Source: an uncultured Verrucomicrobiae bacterium (GTDB lineage: Bacteria > Chlamydiota > Chlamydiia > Chlamydiales > Rhabdochlamydiaceae). From it: a stretch of 64,000 nucleotides of DNA. The stretch lies in contig CAWDYW010000001.1 in assembly GCA_963806855.1 (NCBI GenBank), positions 96,001 through 160,000 of the forward strand, given 5' to 3'. Positions 1-10,244 of this stretch are shown piece by piece. Below the pieces are notes generated by a model. The model was not told the DNA's origin. It saw only the letters and a program-made list of their open reading frames with translations, and ran no database searches. A program made the position numbers and the translations under genes. Position 1 is the first letter of the stretch. Every line of letters starts with the position of its first letter.

Positions 1-108
1 CAGACGACGATCGAAAGCCGTTATGGAAAGGGAGTCGTGCTTGCCAACCTTTCCGAACGGCTCACAGAACTTAGAGAAACGAAGTTTTCGATTAGGAGAT
101 TTCTATAG
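1..108 (+). CDS. 3' end of a CDS entering from the left (partial, unknown product)
   Basis: Frame 1 open from base 1 to TAG at 106-108 (QTTIESRYGKGVVLANLSERL...). Confidence 0.4.
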   Translation, partial: QTTIESRYGKGVVLANLSERLTELRETKFSIRRFL

Positions 109-224
109 CAGGCTATAAAAAAGAAAGAAAGATTTTCTTGATTAAAAAATTTCATTTGAATTAAACATAAGTTAAGTAAAACAGAAGGCCCTGATGGGTC
201 TTATGCAAAACGGAGAAATCAAAA

Positions 225-1496
225 ATGGTTAAAAAATACCTACCGCTCGCTGCTTTGACAGTGCTCGGATTAACAAGTGTTGCAAGTGCAGCACGCAATA
301 CTAACTCATCAGGAAAGCCAATGAATGGCGATGTATGCGCCCCTTCACAACCAGCAGTATGCTACCCAGATGATTGCCCACCTTGCCAAAGATGCTTGGG
401 CCCTGAAAACTTTGCTGGTAACCCACCTGTATGCCCAAAAGGCTGCAACGGCGATTTCGATATCACAGTTGCCGCTTTCTATTGGAGCACACACCAAGAT
501 GGAATGGAGTATGCCATTGTCAACGATCAGACACAGCCAACTACTATAACTGACCGTGCTGACCTTGAAGCCTTCAACCAATTAGCAGGTGCTGAATATA
601 AACACCCAAGTTCGAAATGGGATTGGGGTTTTAAACTCGGTCTGGGATATTGCTCACCTTGCGACGGTTGGGATGTTCAACTTCTTTGGACATGGTTCCA
701 TGGAAGAAATCACAACGAGCTTGACGCAGATACTACTGACAATACCGCGGTTCTCCCTCTCTGGTCAGATTTTGTCGGATCTATTGGCGGACCTCTATTT
801 GCAACAAGCGCTGAAGCTCACTGGAAAGTTAAATTAAACTTAATTGACCTTGAACTCGGACGTGATTTCTGGGTAAGTAGATACCTTGCAATCAGACCTT
901 TCGTCGGTCTCCGTTATGCCTCAATCCGTCAACATACAGAACTCGATTATAACGGCGGAAGCTGGGCAGCTAACACAAACACCCCCATACAAGACGCCTA
1001 TAACGGCATCGTGGATCTTGAGAACAACTACAGAGGCGCTGGTCTCCGAGCAGGCTTGAATTCAGAGTGGAACTTTGGATGTGGCTGGGCTCTATGGGGC
1101 AACTTAGCTGCTTCTATTATTTATGGAAGATTTAGGGTTGATCATGATGAGATCATTCGCCAAGCAACAGGCACCCCTCACTCTGAAACAAACATTCTCG
1201 ATACAACTGAGTCTTTTAGAGCCTCTCGGGCTATCCTTGATATGGGATTGGGAGTTCAGTGGTCAACAATGTTCTGCAGCTGCAAGTATGGCTTCACAGC
1301 GATGCTCGGTTGGGAATCGCATATCTTCTTTGACCAAAATCAAATGTGGAGAGTATCAAGAGTCGACGCTGGAACAAGTGGCCCTATTACTGGTCCCACC
1401 CCAACGCTCAACCTGACAGGCGACAACGTCCTTCAGCAGCGTCGTGGAACATTAGATGCCCAAGGTTGGACACTGACATTCAAATTAGATTACTAA
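225..1496 (+). CDS. MOMP-like (Lpg1974-family) Cys-rich outer membrane beta-barrel porin, paralog 1
   Basis: Signal peptide, WDWGFKLGLGY, LNLIDLELGR, IRPFVGLRYA, GWE..FFDQNQ motifs, C-terminal aromatic beta-strand; SD GGAG. Confidence 0.85.
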   Translation: MVKKYLPLAALTVLGLTSVASAARNTNSSGKPMNGDVCAPSQPAVCYPDDCPPCQRCLGPENFAGNPPVCPKGCNGDFDITVAAFYWSTHQDGMEYAIVNDQTQPTTITDRADLEAFNQLAGAEYKHPSSKWDWGFKLGLGYCSPCDGWDVQLLWTWFHGRNHNELDADTTDNTAVLPLWSDFVGSIGGPLFATSAEAHWKVKLNLIDLELGRDFWVSRYLAIRPFVGLRYASIRQHTELDYNGGSWAANTNTPIQDAYNGIVDLENNYRGAGLRAGLNSEWNFGCGWALWGNLAASIIYGRFRVDHDEIIRQATGTPHSETNILDTTESFRASRAILDMGLGVQWSTMFCSCKYGFTAMLGWESHIFFDQNQMWRVSRVDAGTSGPITGPTPTLNLTGDNVLQQRRGTLDAQGWTLTFKLDY

Positions 1497-1524
1497 GAGA
1501 CCTCTCTTAGCGATTGTCAACCAA

Positions 1525-1558
1525 AAGGACCTAGAAATTCTAGGTCCTTATTTTTTTT
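1525..1558 (+). terminator. Intrinsic terminator after porin 1
   Basis: aaggacctagaa/ttctaggtcctt stem followed by T8. Confidence 0.8.
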
Positions 1559-1647
1559 CTTGAATAAAAAATTTGATTTGATTTACATCTTAGTTAAGTA
1601 AACAAAAAAGGCCGTGATGGGTCTTATGCAAAACGGAGAAATCAAAA

Positions 1648-2928
1648 ATGGTTAAAAAATACCTACCGCTCGCTGCTTTGACAGTGCTCGGATTAACAAG
1701 TGTTGCAAGTGCAGCACGCAATACTAACTCATCAGGAAAGCCAATGAATGGCGATGTATGCGCCCCTTCACAACCAGCAGTATGCTACCCAGATGATTGC
1801 CCACCTTGCCAAAGATGCTTGGGCCCTGAAAACTTTGCTGGTAACCCACCTGTATGCCCAAAAGGCTGCAACGGCGATTTCGATATCACAGTTGCCGCTT
1901 TCTATTGGAGCACACACCAAGATGGAATGGAGTATGCCGTTCTCACCGATCAGACACAGCCAACTGACCAAGCTCCCCCAACTCCTCCAGCTCCTGGTCC
2001 CAATATTGTATTCAACCAATTAGCAGGTGCTGAATATAAACACCCAAGTTCGAAATGGGATTGGGGTTTTAAACTCGGTCTGGGATATTGCTCACCTTGC
2101 GATGGTTGGGATGTTCAACTTCTTTGGACATGGTTCCATGGAAGAAATCACAACTCACTTGATGCAGATCCTTCTGACAACACCGCTATTCTCCCTCTCT
2201 GGTCAGAGTTTGTCTCAGGTATTGGCGGACCTCTATTTGCAACAAGCGCTGAAGCTCACTGGAAAGTTAAATTAAACTTAATTGACCTTGAGCTCGGACG
2301 TGATTTCTGGGTAAGTAGATACCTAGCCATTAGACCTTTCGTCGGTCTCCGTTATGCCTCAATCCGTCAACATACAGAACTCGATTATAACGGCGGAAGC
2401 TGGGCAGCTAACTCAACCATACAAGACGCCTATAACGGCATCGTGGATCTTGAGAACAACTACAGAGGCGCTGGTCTCCGAGCAGGCTTGAATTCAGAGT
2501 GGAACTTTGGATGTGGCTGGGCTCTATGGGGCGACTTAGCAGCTTCTATCATTTATGGAAGATTTAGGGTTGATCATGATGAAATCATTCGCCAAGCAAC
2601 AGGCACCCCTCACTCTGAAACAAACATTCTCGATACAACTGAGTCTTTTAGAGCCTCTCGGGCTATCCTTGATATGGGATTGGGAGTTCAGTGGTCAACA
2701 ATGTTCTGCAGCTGCAAGTATGGCTTCACAGCGATGCTCGGTTGGGAATCGCATATCTTCTTTGACCAAAATCAAATGTGGAGAGTATCAAGAGTCGGGG
2801 CTATACCTGGCGGAGATATTACTGGTCCCACCCCAACGCTCAACCTGACAGGCGACAACGTCCTTCAGCAGCGTCGTGGAACATTAGATGCCCAAGGTTG
2901 GACACTGACACTCAAGTTAGATTACTAA
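1648..2928 (+). CDS. MOMP-like porin, paralog 2
   Basis: Near-identical scaffold to paralog 1. Confidence 0.85.
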   Translation: MVKKYLPLAALTVLGLTSVASAARNTNSSGKPMNGDVCAPSQPAVCYPDDCPPCQRCLGPENFAGNPPVCPKGCNGDFDITVAAFYWSTHQDGMEYAVLTDQTQPTDQAPPTPPAPGPNIVFNQLAGAEYKHPSSKWDWGFKLGLGYCSPCDGWDVQLLWTWFHGRNHNSLDADPSDNTAILPLWSEFVSGIGGPLFATSAEAHWKVKLNLIDLELGRDFWVSRYLAIRPFVGLRYASIRQHTELDYNGGSWAANSTIQDAYNGIVDLENNYRGAGLRAGLNSEWNFGCGWALWGDLAASIIYGRFRVDHDEIIRQATGTPHSETNILDTTESFRASRAILDMGLGVQWSTMFCSCKYGFTAMLGWESHIFFDQNQMWRVSRVGAIPGGDITGPTPTLNLTGDNVLQQRRGTLDAQGWTLTLKLDY

Positions 2929-2956
2929 GAGAGCTCTCTTAGCAATTTTCAATAAA

Positions 2957-2989
2957 AAGGACCTAGAAATTCTAGGTCCTTATTTTTTT
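2957..2989 (+). terminator. Intrinsic terminator after porin 2
   Basis: Same hairpin plus T-run. Confidence 0.8.
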
Positions 2990-3078
2990 CTTGAATAAAA
3001 AATTTGATTTGATTTACATCTTAATTAAGTAAACAAAAAAGGCCCTGATGGGTCTTATGCAAAACGGAGAAATCAAAA

Positions 3079-4365
3079 ATGGTTAAAAAATACCTACCGC
3101 TCGCTGCTTTGACAGTGCTCGGATTAACAAGTGTTGCAAGTGCAGCACGCAATACCAACGCATCAGGAAAGCCAGTTAGTGGCGATGTATGCGCCCCTTC
3201 ACAACCAGCAGTATGCTACCCAGATGATTGCCCACCTTGCCAAAGATGCTTGGGCCCTGAAAACTTTGCTGGTAACCCACCTGTATGCCCTAAAGGCTGC
3301 AACGGCGATTTCGATATCACAGTTGCCGCTTTCTACTGGAGCACACACCAAGATGGAATGGAGTATGCCATTGAAAACGGGGTGACACAGCCAGCTGCTC
3401 AGGATATCGAAACCCCCAACGTCAACACTGTATTCAACCAATTAGCCGGTGCTGAATATAAACACCCAAGTTCGAAATGGGATTGGGGTTTTAAACTCGG
3501 TCTGGGGTATTGCTCACCTTGCGATGGTTGGGATGTTCAACTTCTTTGGACATGGTTCCATGGAAGAAATCACAACAGTCTTGACGCAGATCCTTCTGAC
3601 AACACCGCTATTCTGCCTCTCTGGTCTGATTTCGTTAATTCTATTGGCGGACCTCTGTTTGCAACAAGCGCTGAAGATCATTGGAAACTGAAGTTGAACT
3701 TGATTGACCTCGAACTCGGACGTGATTTCTGGGTAAGTAGATACCTTGCAATCAGACCTTTCGTCGGTCTCCGTTATGCCTCTATTCGACAGCATACAGA
3801 AATTGATTATAATGGCGGAAGCTGGGCACAAAACACCAATACTGACGCATCCGCACAACTAGCCTTTAACGGCATCGTGGATCTTGAGAACAACTACAGA
3901 GGCGCTGGTCTCCGAGCAGGCTTGAATTCAGAGTGGAACTTTGGATGCGGCTGGGCTCTATGGGGCGACTTAGCAGCTTCTATCATTTATGGAAGATTTA
4001 GAGTTGATCATGATGAAATCATACGCCTTGCGAGCGAATCTCCTCATAGCGAATTTAGCGTTCTCGATACAACTGAGTCTTTCAGAGCTTCTCGCGCTAT
4101 CCTTGATATGGGATTGGGAGTTCAGTGGTCAACAATGTTCTGCAGCTGCAAGTATGGCCTCACAGCAATGCTCGGTTGGGAATCGCATATCTTCTTTGAC
4201 CAAAATCAAATGTGGAGAGTATCACGAGTTGGAGCTGGAACAGGTGGAGATCTTGATTCTACCACCGACCTAGCGCTCAACCTGACAGGTGACAATGTCT
4301 TTGAGCAGCGTCGTGGAACATTAGATGCTCAAGGTTGGACACTGACATTCAAATTAGATTACTAA
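3079..4365 (+). CDS. MOMP-like porin, paralog 3
   Basis: Same scaffold, different variable segments. Confidence 0.85.
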   Translation: MVKKYLPLAALTVLGLTSVASAARNTNASGKPVSGDVCAPSQPAVCYPDDCPPCQRCLGPENFAGNPPVCPKGCNGDFDITVAAFYWSTHQDGMEYAIENGVTQPAAQDIETPNVNTVFNQLAGAEYKHPSSKWDWGFKLGLGYCSPCDGWDVQLLWTWFHGRNHNSLDADPSDNTAILPLWSDFVNSIGGPLFATSAEDHWKLKLNLIDLELGRDFWVSRYLAIRPFVGLRYASIRQHTEIDYNGGSWAQNTNTDASAQLAFNGIVDLENNYRGAGLRAGLNSEWNFGCGWALWGDLAASIIYGRFRVDHDEIIRLASESPHSEFSVLDTTESFRASRAILDMGLGVQWSTMFCSCKYGLTAMLGWESHIFFDQNQMWRVSRVGAGTGGDLDSTTDLALNLTGDNVFEQRRGTLDAQGWTLTFKLDY

Positions 4366-4393
4366 GAGACCTCTCTTAGCAATTGTCAACCAA

Positions 4394-4427
4394 AAGGACC
4401 TAGAAATTCTAGGTCCTTAATTTTTTT
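4394..4427 (+). terminator. Intrinsic terminator after porin 3
   Basis: Same hairpin plus T-run. Confidence 0.8.
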
Positions 4428-4516
4428 CTTGAATAAAAAATTTGATTTGATTTACATCTTAGTCAAATAAACCAAAAAGGCTCTGTAGGGTCTTATGCAA
4501 AACGGAGAAATCAAAA

Positions 4517-5797
4517 ATGGTTAAAAAATACCTACCGCTCGCTGCTTTGACAGTGCTCGGATTAACAAGTGTTGCAAGTGCAGCGCGCAATACTAACGCA
4601 TCAGGAAAGCCAGTTAGTGGCGATGTATGCGCCCCTTCACAGCCAGCAGTATGCTACCCAGATGATTGCCCGCCTTGCCAAAGATGCTTGGGTCCAGAAA
4701 ACTTTGCTGGTAACCCACCTGTATGTCCTAAAGGCTGCAACGGCGATTTCGATATCACAGTTGCCGCTTTCTACTGGAGCGCACACCAAGATGGGATGGA
4801 ATATGCCATTGAAAACGGGGTGACACAGCCAGCTGATCAAGTTGTCGCAACCCCCAACGTTAACACTGTATTCAACCAATTAGCCGGTGCTGAATATAAA
4901 CACCCAAGTTCGAAATGGGATTGGGGTTTTAAACTCGGTCTGGGATATTGCTCCCCTTGTGACGGTTGGGATGTTCAACTTCTTTGGACATGGTTCCGTG
5001 GAAGAAATCACAACTCACTTGATGCAGATCCTTCTGACAACACCGCTATTCTTCCTCTCTGGTCTGATTTCGTTAATTCTATTGGCGGGCCTCTGTTTGC
5101 AACAAGCGCTGAAGATCATTGGAAACTGAAGTTGAACTTGATTGACCTCGAACTCGGACGTGATTTCTGGGTAAGTAGATACCTTGCAATCAGACCTTTC
5201 GTCGGTCTCCGTTATGCCTCTATTCGACAGCATACAGAAATTGATTATAATGGCGGAAGCTGGGCAGGAAATGCTACCCAACAGGCTTTCAATGGTATAG
5301 TTGACCTTGAGAACAACTACAGAGGCGCTGGTCTCCGAGCAGGCTTGAATTCAGAGTGGAACTTTGGATGCGGCTGGGCTCTATGGGGCGACTTAGCAGC
5401 TTCTATCATTTATGGAAGATTTAGGGTTGATCATGATGAAATCATTCGCCTTGCAAGTCTCTCCCCTCACTCTATAACAAGCGTTCTCGATACTACTGAG
5501 TCTTTCAGAGCTTCTCGCGCTATCCTTGATATGGGATTGGGAGTTCAGTGGTCAACAATGTTCTGCAGCTGCAAGTATGGCTTTACAGCAATGCTCGGTT
5601 GGGAATCGCATATCTTCTTTGACCAAAACCAAATGTGGAGAGTATCAAGAGTCGGGGCTGGAACACAAGGCCCCCCTCCAAACCTTGGTACAATAGACCC
5701 AACTGCGCTCAACCTCTCTGGCGACAACGTCTTTGAGCAGCGTCGTGGAACATTAGATGCTCAAGGTTGGACACTGACATTCAAATTAGATTACTAA
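4517..5797 (+). CDS. MOMP-like porin, paralog 4
   Basis: Same scaffold. Confidence 0.85.
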   Translation: MVKKYLPLAALTVLGLTSVASAARNTNASGKPVSGDVCAPSQPAVCYPDDCPPCQRCLGPENFAGNPPVCPKGCNGDFDITVAAFYWSAHQDGMEYAIENGVTQPADQVVATPNVNTVFNQLAGAEYKHPSSKWDWGFKLGLGYCSPCDGWDVQLLWTWFRGRNHNSLDADPSDNTAILPLWSDFVNSIGGPLFATSAEDHWKLKLNLIDLELGRDFWVSRYLAIRPFVGLRYASIRQHTEIDYNGGSWAGNATQQAFNGIVDLENNYRGAGLRAGLNSEWNFGCGWALWGDLAASIIYGRFRVDHDEIIRLASLSPHSITSVLDTTESFRASRAILDMGLGVQWSTMFCSCKYGFTAMLGWESHIFFDQNQMWRVSRVGAGTQGPPPNLGTIDPTALNLSGDNVFEQRRGTLDAQGWTLTFKLDY

Positions 5798-5824
5798 GAG
5801 ACCTCTATTAACAATTTTCAACAA

Positions 5825-5858
5825 AAGGGCCTAGAAATTCTAGGTCCTTAATTTTTTT
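5825..5858 (+). terminator. Intrinsic terminator after porin 4
   Basis: aagggcctagaa/ttctaggtcctt hairpin plus T-run. Confidence 0.75.
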
Positions 5859-5948
5859 CTTGAATAAAAAAATTTGATTTGATTTACATCTTAGTTAAGT
5901 AAATATAAAAGTCCCTGATGGGTCTTATGCTAAACGGAGAAATCAAAA

Positions 5949-7220
5949 ATGGTTAAAAAATACCTACCGCTCGCTGCTTTGACAGTGCTCGGCTTAACAA
6001 GTGTTGCAAGTGCAGCACGCAATACTAACGCATCAGGAAAGCCAGTTAGTGGCGATGTATGCGCCCCTTCACAACCAGCAGTATGCTACCCAGATGATTG
6101 CCCACCTTGCCAAAGATGCTTGGGCCCTGAAAACTTTGCTGGTAACCCACCTGTATGTCCTAAAGGCTGCAATGGTGATTTCGATATCACAGTTGCCGCT
6201 TTCTATTGGAGCACACACCAAGATGGAATGGAGTATGCCATTGAAAACGGGGTGACACAGCCAGCTACTATAACTACCCCTGCTGACACTCAAGTCTTCA
6301 ACCAATTAGCAGGTGCTGAATATAAACACCCAAGTTCGAAATGGGATTGGGGTTTTAAACTCGGTCTGGGATATTGCTCACCTTGCGATGGTTGGGATGT
6401 TCAACTTCTTTGGACATGGTTCCATGGAAGAAATCACAACTCACTTGATGCAGATCCTTCTGACAACACCGCTATTCTCCCTCTCTGGTCACAGTTTGTC
6501 GCAACTGCTGGCACACCTATATTTGCAACAAGCGCTGAAGCTCACTGGAAAGTTAAATTAAACTTAATTGACCTTGAGCTCGGACGTGATTTCTGGGTAA
6601 GTAGATACCTTGCAGTCAGACCTTTCGTCGGTCTCCGTTATGCCTCAATCCGTCAACATACAGAACTCGATTATAACGGCGGAAGCTGGGCCGCTAGCGC
6701 AACCACCGCGGCACAATTCGCCTATAACGGCATCGTGGATCTTGAGAACAACTACAGAGGCGCTGGGCTCCGAGCAGGCTTGAATTCAGAGTGGAACTTT
6801 GGATGTGGCTGGGCTCTATGGGGCGACTTAGCAGCTTCTATCATTTATGGAAGATTTAGGGTTGATCATGATGAAATCATTCGCCTTGCAAGTCTCTCCC
6901 CTCACTCTGAAACAAACATTCTCGATACAACTGAGTCTTTTAGAGCCTCTCGGGCTATCCTTGATATGGGATTGGGAGTTCAGTGGTCAACAATGTTCTG
7001 CAGCTGCAAGTATGGCTTTACAGCAATGCTCGGTTGGGAATCGCATATCTTCTTTGACCAAAACCAAATGTGGAGAGTATCAAGAGTCAAGGCTACACCT
7101 TCTGGAACTCTTGCTACCATCCCCCCAGGGCCCAACCTGACAGGCGACAATGTCTTTGAGCAGCGTCGTGGAACATTAGATGCTCAGGGTTGGACACTGA
7201 CATTCAAATTAGATTACTAA
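5949..7220 (+). CDS. MOMP-like porin, paralog 5
   Basis: Same scaffold. Confidence 0.85.
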   Translation: MVKKYLPLAALTVLGLTSVASAARNTNASGKPVSGDVCAPSQPAVCYPDDCPPCQRCLGPENFAGNPPVCPKGCNGDFDITVAAFYWSTHQDGMEYAIENGVTQPATITTPADTQVFNQLAGAEYKHPSSKWDWGFKLGLGYCSPCDGWDVQLLWTWFHGRNHNSLDADPSDNTAILPLWSQFVATAGTPIFATSAEAHWKVKLNLIDLELGRDFWVSRYLAVRPFVGLRYASIRQHTELDYNGGSWAASATTAAQFAYNGIVDLENNYRGAGLRAGLNSEWNFGCGWALWGDLAASIIYGRFRVDHDEIIRLASLSPHSETNILDTTESFRASRAILDMGLGVQWSTMFCSCKYGFTAMLGWESHIFFDQNQMWRVSRVKATPSGTLATIPPGPNLTGDNVFEQRRGTLDAQGWTLTFKLDY

Positions 7221-7248
7221 GAGACCTCTCTTAGCAATTTTCAATCAA

Positions 7249-7281
7249 AAGGGCCTAGCAATGCTAGGTCCTTATTTTTTT
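7249..7281 (+). terminator. Intrinsic terminator after porin 5
   Basis: aagggcctagca/tgctaggtcctt hairpin (compensatory change relative to the others) plus T-run. Confidence 0.75.
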
Positions 7282-7369
7282 CCCTTGATTAAAAAATTTA
7301 GTTTGCTTTACATCTGGGTAAGAAAACAAAAAAGCTCTGTAGAGTCTTGTCAAAATGGAGAAATCAACC

Positions 7370-8755
7370 ATGGTGAAAAAATACTTGCCGCTCGCCGCCT
7401 TGACAGTGCTCGGATTAACAAGTGTTGCAAGTGCAGCGCGCAATACTAACGCATCAGGAAAGCCAGTCAGTGGCGATGTATGCGCCCCATCGCAGCCTGC
7501 AGTTTGCTACCCAGACGACTGCCCACCTTGCCAAAGATGCTTGGGCCCAGAAAACTTTGCCGGCAACCCGCCTGTATGCCCCAAAGGCTGCAATGGCGAT
7601 TTTGATATCACTGTTGCCGCTTTCTATTGGAGCACACACCAAGATGGGATGGAGTATGCCGTTCTAAACCAAGTGCAAAACCCCCTTGCGCCCGGTGCTA
7701 CAGCTACAAATACACAGCTCAATCAGTTAGCTGAAGCTGAATATAAGCATCCAAGCTCTAAATGGGATTGGGGCTTTAAAGTTGGTTTAGGCTACTGCTC
7801 ACCATGCGATGGCTGGGATGTCCAACTTCTTTGGACATGGTTCCATGGAAGAAATCATAGCGATATCGATGCTGATGACACATCCAACAGCGTCATCCTC
7901 CCTCTCTGGTCAGATTTTGTTACCCAATATGCAAATGCGAATCCAAGCGGAACGAATGTACCGAACTTTACAGCAACAACAGGCGGTGTTCTGTTTGCAA
8001 CGGATGCAGAAGCTAGCTGGAAACTCAAATTAAATTTGGTTGATCTTGAACTCGGTCGCGATTACTGGGTAAGCAGATACCTTGCCATTAGACCTTTTGT
8101 CGGGCTCCGTTATGCTTCTATAAGACAGCATACAGAGATCGATTACAATGGCGGTAGTTGGCAAGCAGCGGTTTTTACATTTACAACTCCAGGTCTAATT
8201 TTTTCACAACCCGCATTCAATGATAGTGTTGATCTACAGAACAATTATAGAGGTGCAGGTCTGCGCGCTGGTCTAGATTCTGAGTGGAATTTTGGCTGCG
8301 GCTGGGCTCTATGGGGCGACTTAGCTGCTTCGATCATTTATGGAAAGTTTTCTATCGACCATGATGAATACATTCGCCTTGCTCAAAATCCCCACAGCAT
8401 CACCAATATTCTCGATACAGAGGAGTCCTTTAGAGCTTCTCGTTCGATTTTGGACTTAGAGCTTGGTGTCAAGTGGTCGACAATGTTCTGCAGCTGCAAA
8501 TATGGCTTCACAGCGATGCTCAGTTGGGAATCACATATGTTCTTCGACCAAAACCAAATGTGGAGAGTCTCCAGAGTCGGCGCGGCAGCTGAGGCCAACG
8601 GCCCTCCTCCTGTAGACCCTAATACTGTCGTCGTTTCTCCTGGACTTAATGCTAACCCACCTCAGCTCAACCTCACTGGCGATAACGTGATCCAACAACG
8701 TCGTGGATCACTCGATGCTCAAGGTTGGACACTGACACTCAAGTTAGACTACTAA
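7370..8755 (+). CDS. MOMP-like porin, paralog 6 (longest loops)
   Basis: Same scaffold; start set at MVKK after SD GGAG. Confidence 0.85.
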   Translation: MVKKYLPLAALTVLGLTSVASAARNTNASGKPVSGDVCAPSQPAVCYPDDCPPCQRCLGPENFAGNPPVCPKGCNGDFDITVAAFYWSTHQDGMEYAVLNQVQNPLAPGATATNTQLNQLAEAEYKHPSSKWDWGFKVGLGYCSPCDGWDVQLLWTWFHGRNHSDIDADDTSNSVILPLWSDFVTQYANANPSGTNVPNFTATTGGVLFATDAEASWKLKLNLVDLELGRDYWVSRYLAIRPFVGLRYASIRQHTEIDYNGGSWQAAVFTFTTPGLIFSQPAFNDSVDLQNNYRGAGLRAGLDSEWNFGCGWALWGDLAASIIYGKFSIDHDEYIRLAQNPHSITNILDTEESFRASRSILDLELGVKWSTMFCSCKYGFTAMLSWESHMFFDQNQMWRVSRVGAAAEANGPPPVDPNTVVVSPGLNANPPQLNLTGDNVIQQRRGSLDAQGWTLTLKLDY

Positions 8756-8783
8756 GAGTTTTGTCAAAATGGAGAAATCAAAC

Positions 8784-10103
8784 ATGATGAAAAAAACCCT
8801 ACCGCTCGCTGCTTTGACAGTGCTCGGATTAACAAGTGTTGCAAGTGCAGCGCGCAATACTAACGCATCAGGAAAGCCAGTCAGTGGCGATGTATGCGCC
8901 CCATCGCAGCCTGCAGTTTGCTACCCAGACGACTGCCCTCCTTGCCAAAGATGCTTGGGCCCTGAAAACTTTGCTGGTAACCCACCAGTATGCCCCAAAG
9001 GCTGCAACGGCGATTTCGATATCATAGTTGCCGCTTTCTATTGGAGCGCACACCAAGATGGGATGGAGTATGCGATTGACACTGAAGTGACACAGCCTAC
9101 TGTTTTAAACATTGAAAACAATCGAGTCTTCAACCAATTAGCCGGCGCTGAATATAAGCATCCAAGTTCTAAATGGGATTGGGGCTTTAAAGTCGGGCTC
9201 GGCTACTGCTCACCTTGTGACGGTTGGGATGTACAACTTCTCTGGACATGGTTCCATGGAAGAAATCACAATGAAGTTGATGCGGATACTACCGACAACC
9301 ACGCTGTTCTGCCTCTTTGGACTAATTTTGCCAATGCTCGAGGAGGAGTCCTCTTTGCAACAGACGCAGAAATTCATTGGAAATTGAAATTGAATTTAAT
9401 TGACCTTGAACTTGGTCGCGATTATTGGGTAAGTAGATACCTTTCTATTAGACCGTTTGTCGGACTCCGATATGCCTCTATCAGACAGCATACATCAATC
9501 GAATATAACGGTGGAAGCTTCGCAGGTCCAATTGGCACAACGCCTGGAACACAAAATGCTTTCAACGACTTTGTTGACCTTCAAAATAACTACAGAGGTG
9601 CTGGTCTGAGAGCAGGTCTAGATTCTGAGTGGAATTTTGGATGTGGCTGGGCTCTTTGGGGTAATTTAGCAGCTTCGATCATCTATGGAAGATTTTCTGT
9701 TGACCATGATGAAATTATTCGCATTGCAAACTTGAGTCCTCACTCTATAGCTAGCGTAGTGGACGCAAACGAGTCTTTCCGTGCTTCTCGAGCTATCCTT
9801 GATATGGGATTGGGAGTTCAGTGGTCAACAATGTTCTGCAGCTGCAAGTATGGATTCACAGCTATGCTCGGTTGGGAATCACACATGTTCTTTGATCAAA
9901 ACCAAATGTGGAGAGTTACTAGAGTTGATTCTATAGCACAAGGAGGTGGTCCAGCAGTTGTTCCAACAGTTGGTCCAACAGATGACCTAAACCTTTCTAG
10001 CAACCCACCTGTGCTTAACCTCACAGGCGACAATGTCCTTCAACAGAATCGTGGTTCACTCGATGCTCAAGGTTGGACACTGACATTAAGATTAGAGTAC
10101 TAA
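8784..10103 (+). CDS. MOMP-like porin, paralog 7
   Basis: Same scaffold; start MMKK after SD GGAG; only 28 bp downstream of paralog 6. Confidence 0.85.
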   Translation: MMKKTLPLAALTVLGLTSVASAARNTNASGKPVSGDVCAPSQPAVCYPDDCPPCQRCLGPENFAGNPPVCPKGCNGDFDIIVAAFYWSAHQDGMEYAIDTEVTQPTVLNIENNRVFNQLAGAEYKHPSSKWDWGFKVGLGYCSPCDGWDVQLLWTWFHGRNHNEVDADTTDNHAVLPLWTNFANARGGVLFATDAEIHWKLKLNLIDLELGRDYWVSRYLSIRPFVGLRYASIRQHTSIEYNGGSFAGPIGTTPGTQNAFNDFVDLQNNYRGAGLRAGLDSEWNFGCGWALWGNLAASIIYGRFSVDHDEIIRIANLSPHSIASVVDANESFRASRAILDMGLGVQWSTMFCSCKYGFTAMLGWESHMFFDQNQMWRVTRVDSIAQGGGPAVVPTVGPTDDLNLSSNPPVLNLTGDNVLQQNRGSLDAQGWTLTLRLEY

Positions 10104-10244
10104 AAGTTCTCTCTTAGCAATTTTTGACGGCGCGGGGTATAGGTCCTTATTTTTTTCTTGAATAAAAAATTTGGTTTGCTTTACACCTAAGTCAAGAAAA
10201 CAAAAAAAGCTCTGTAGAGTTTTTTCAAAATGGAGATATCAACC

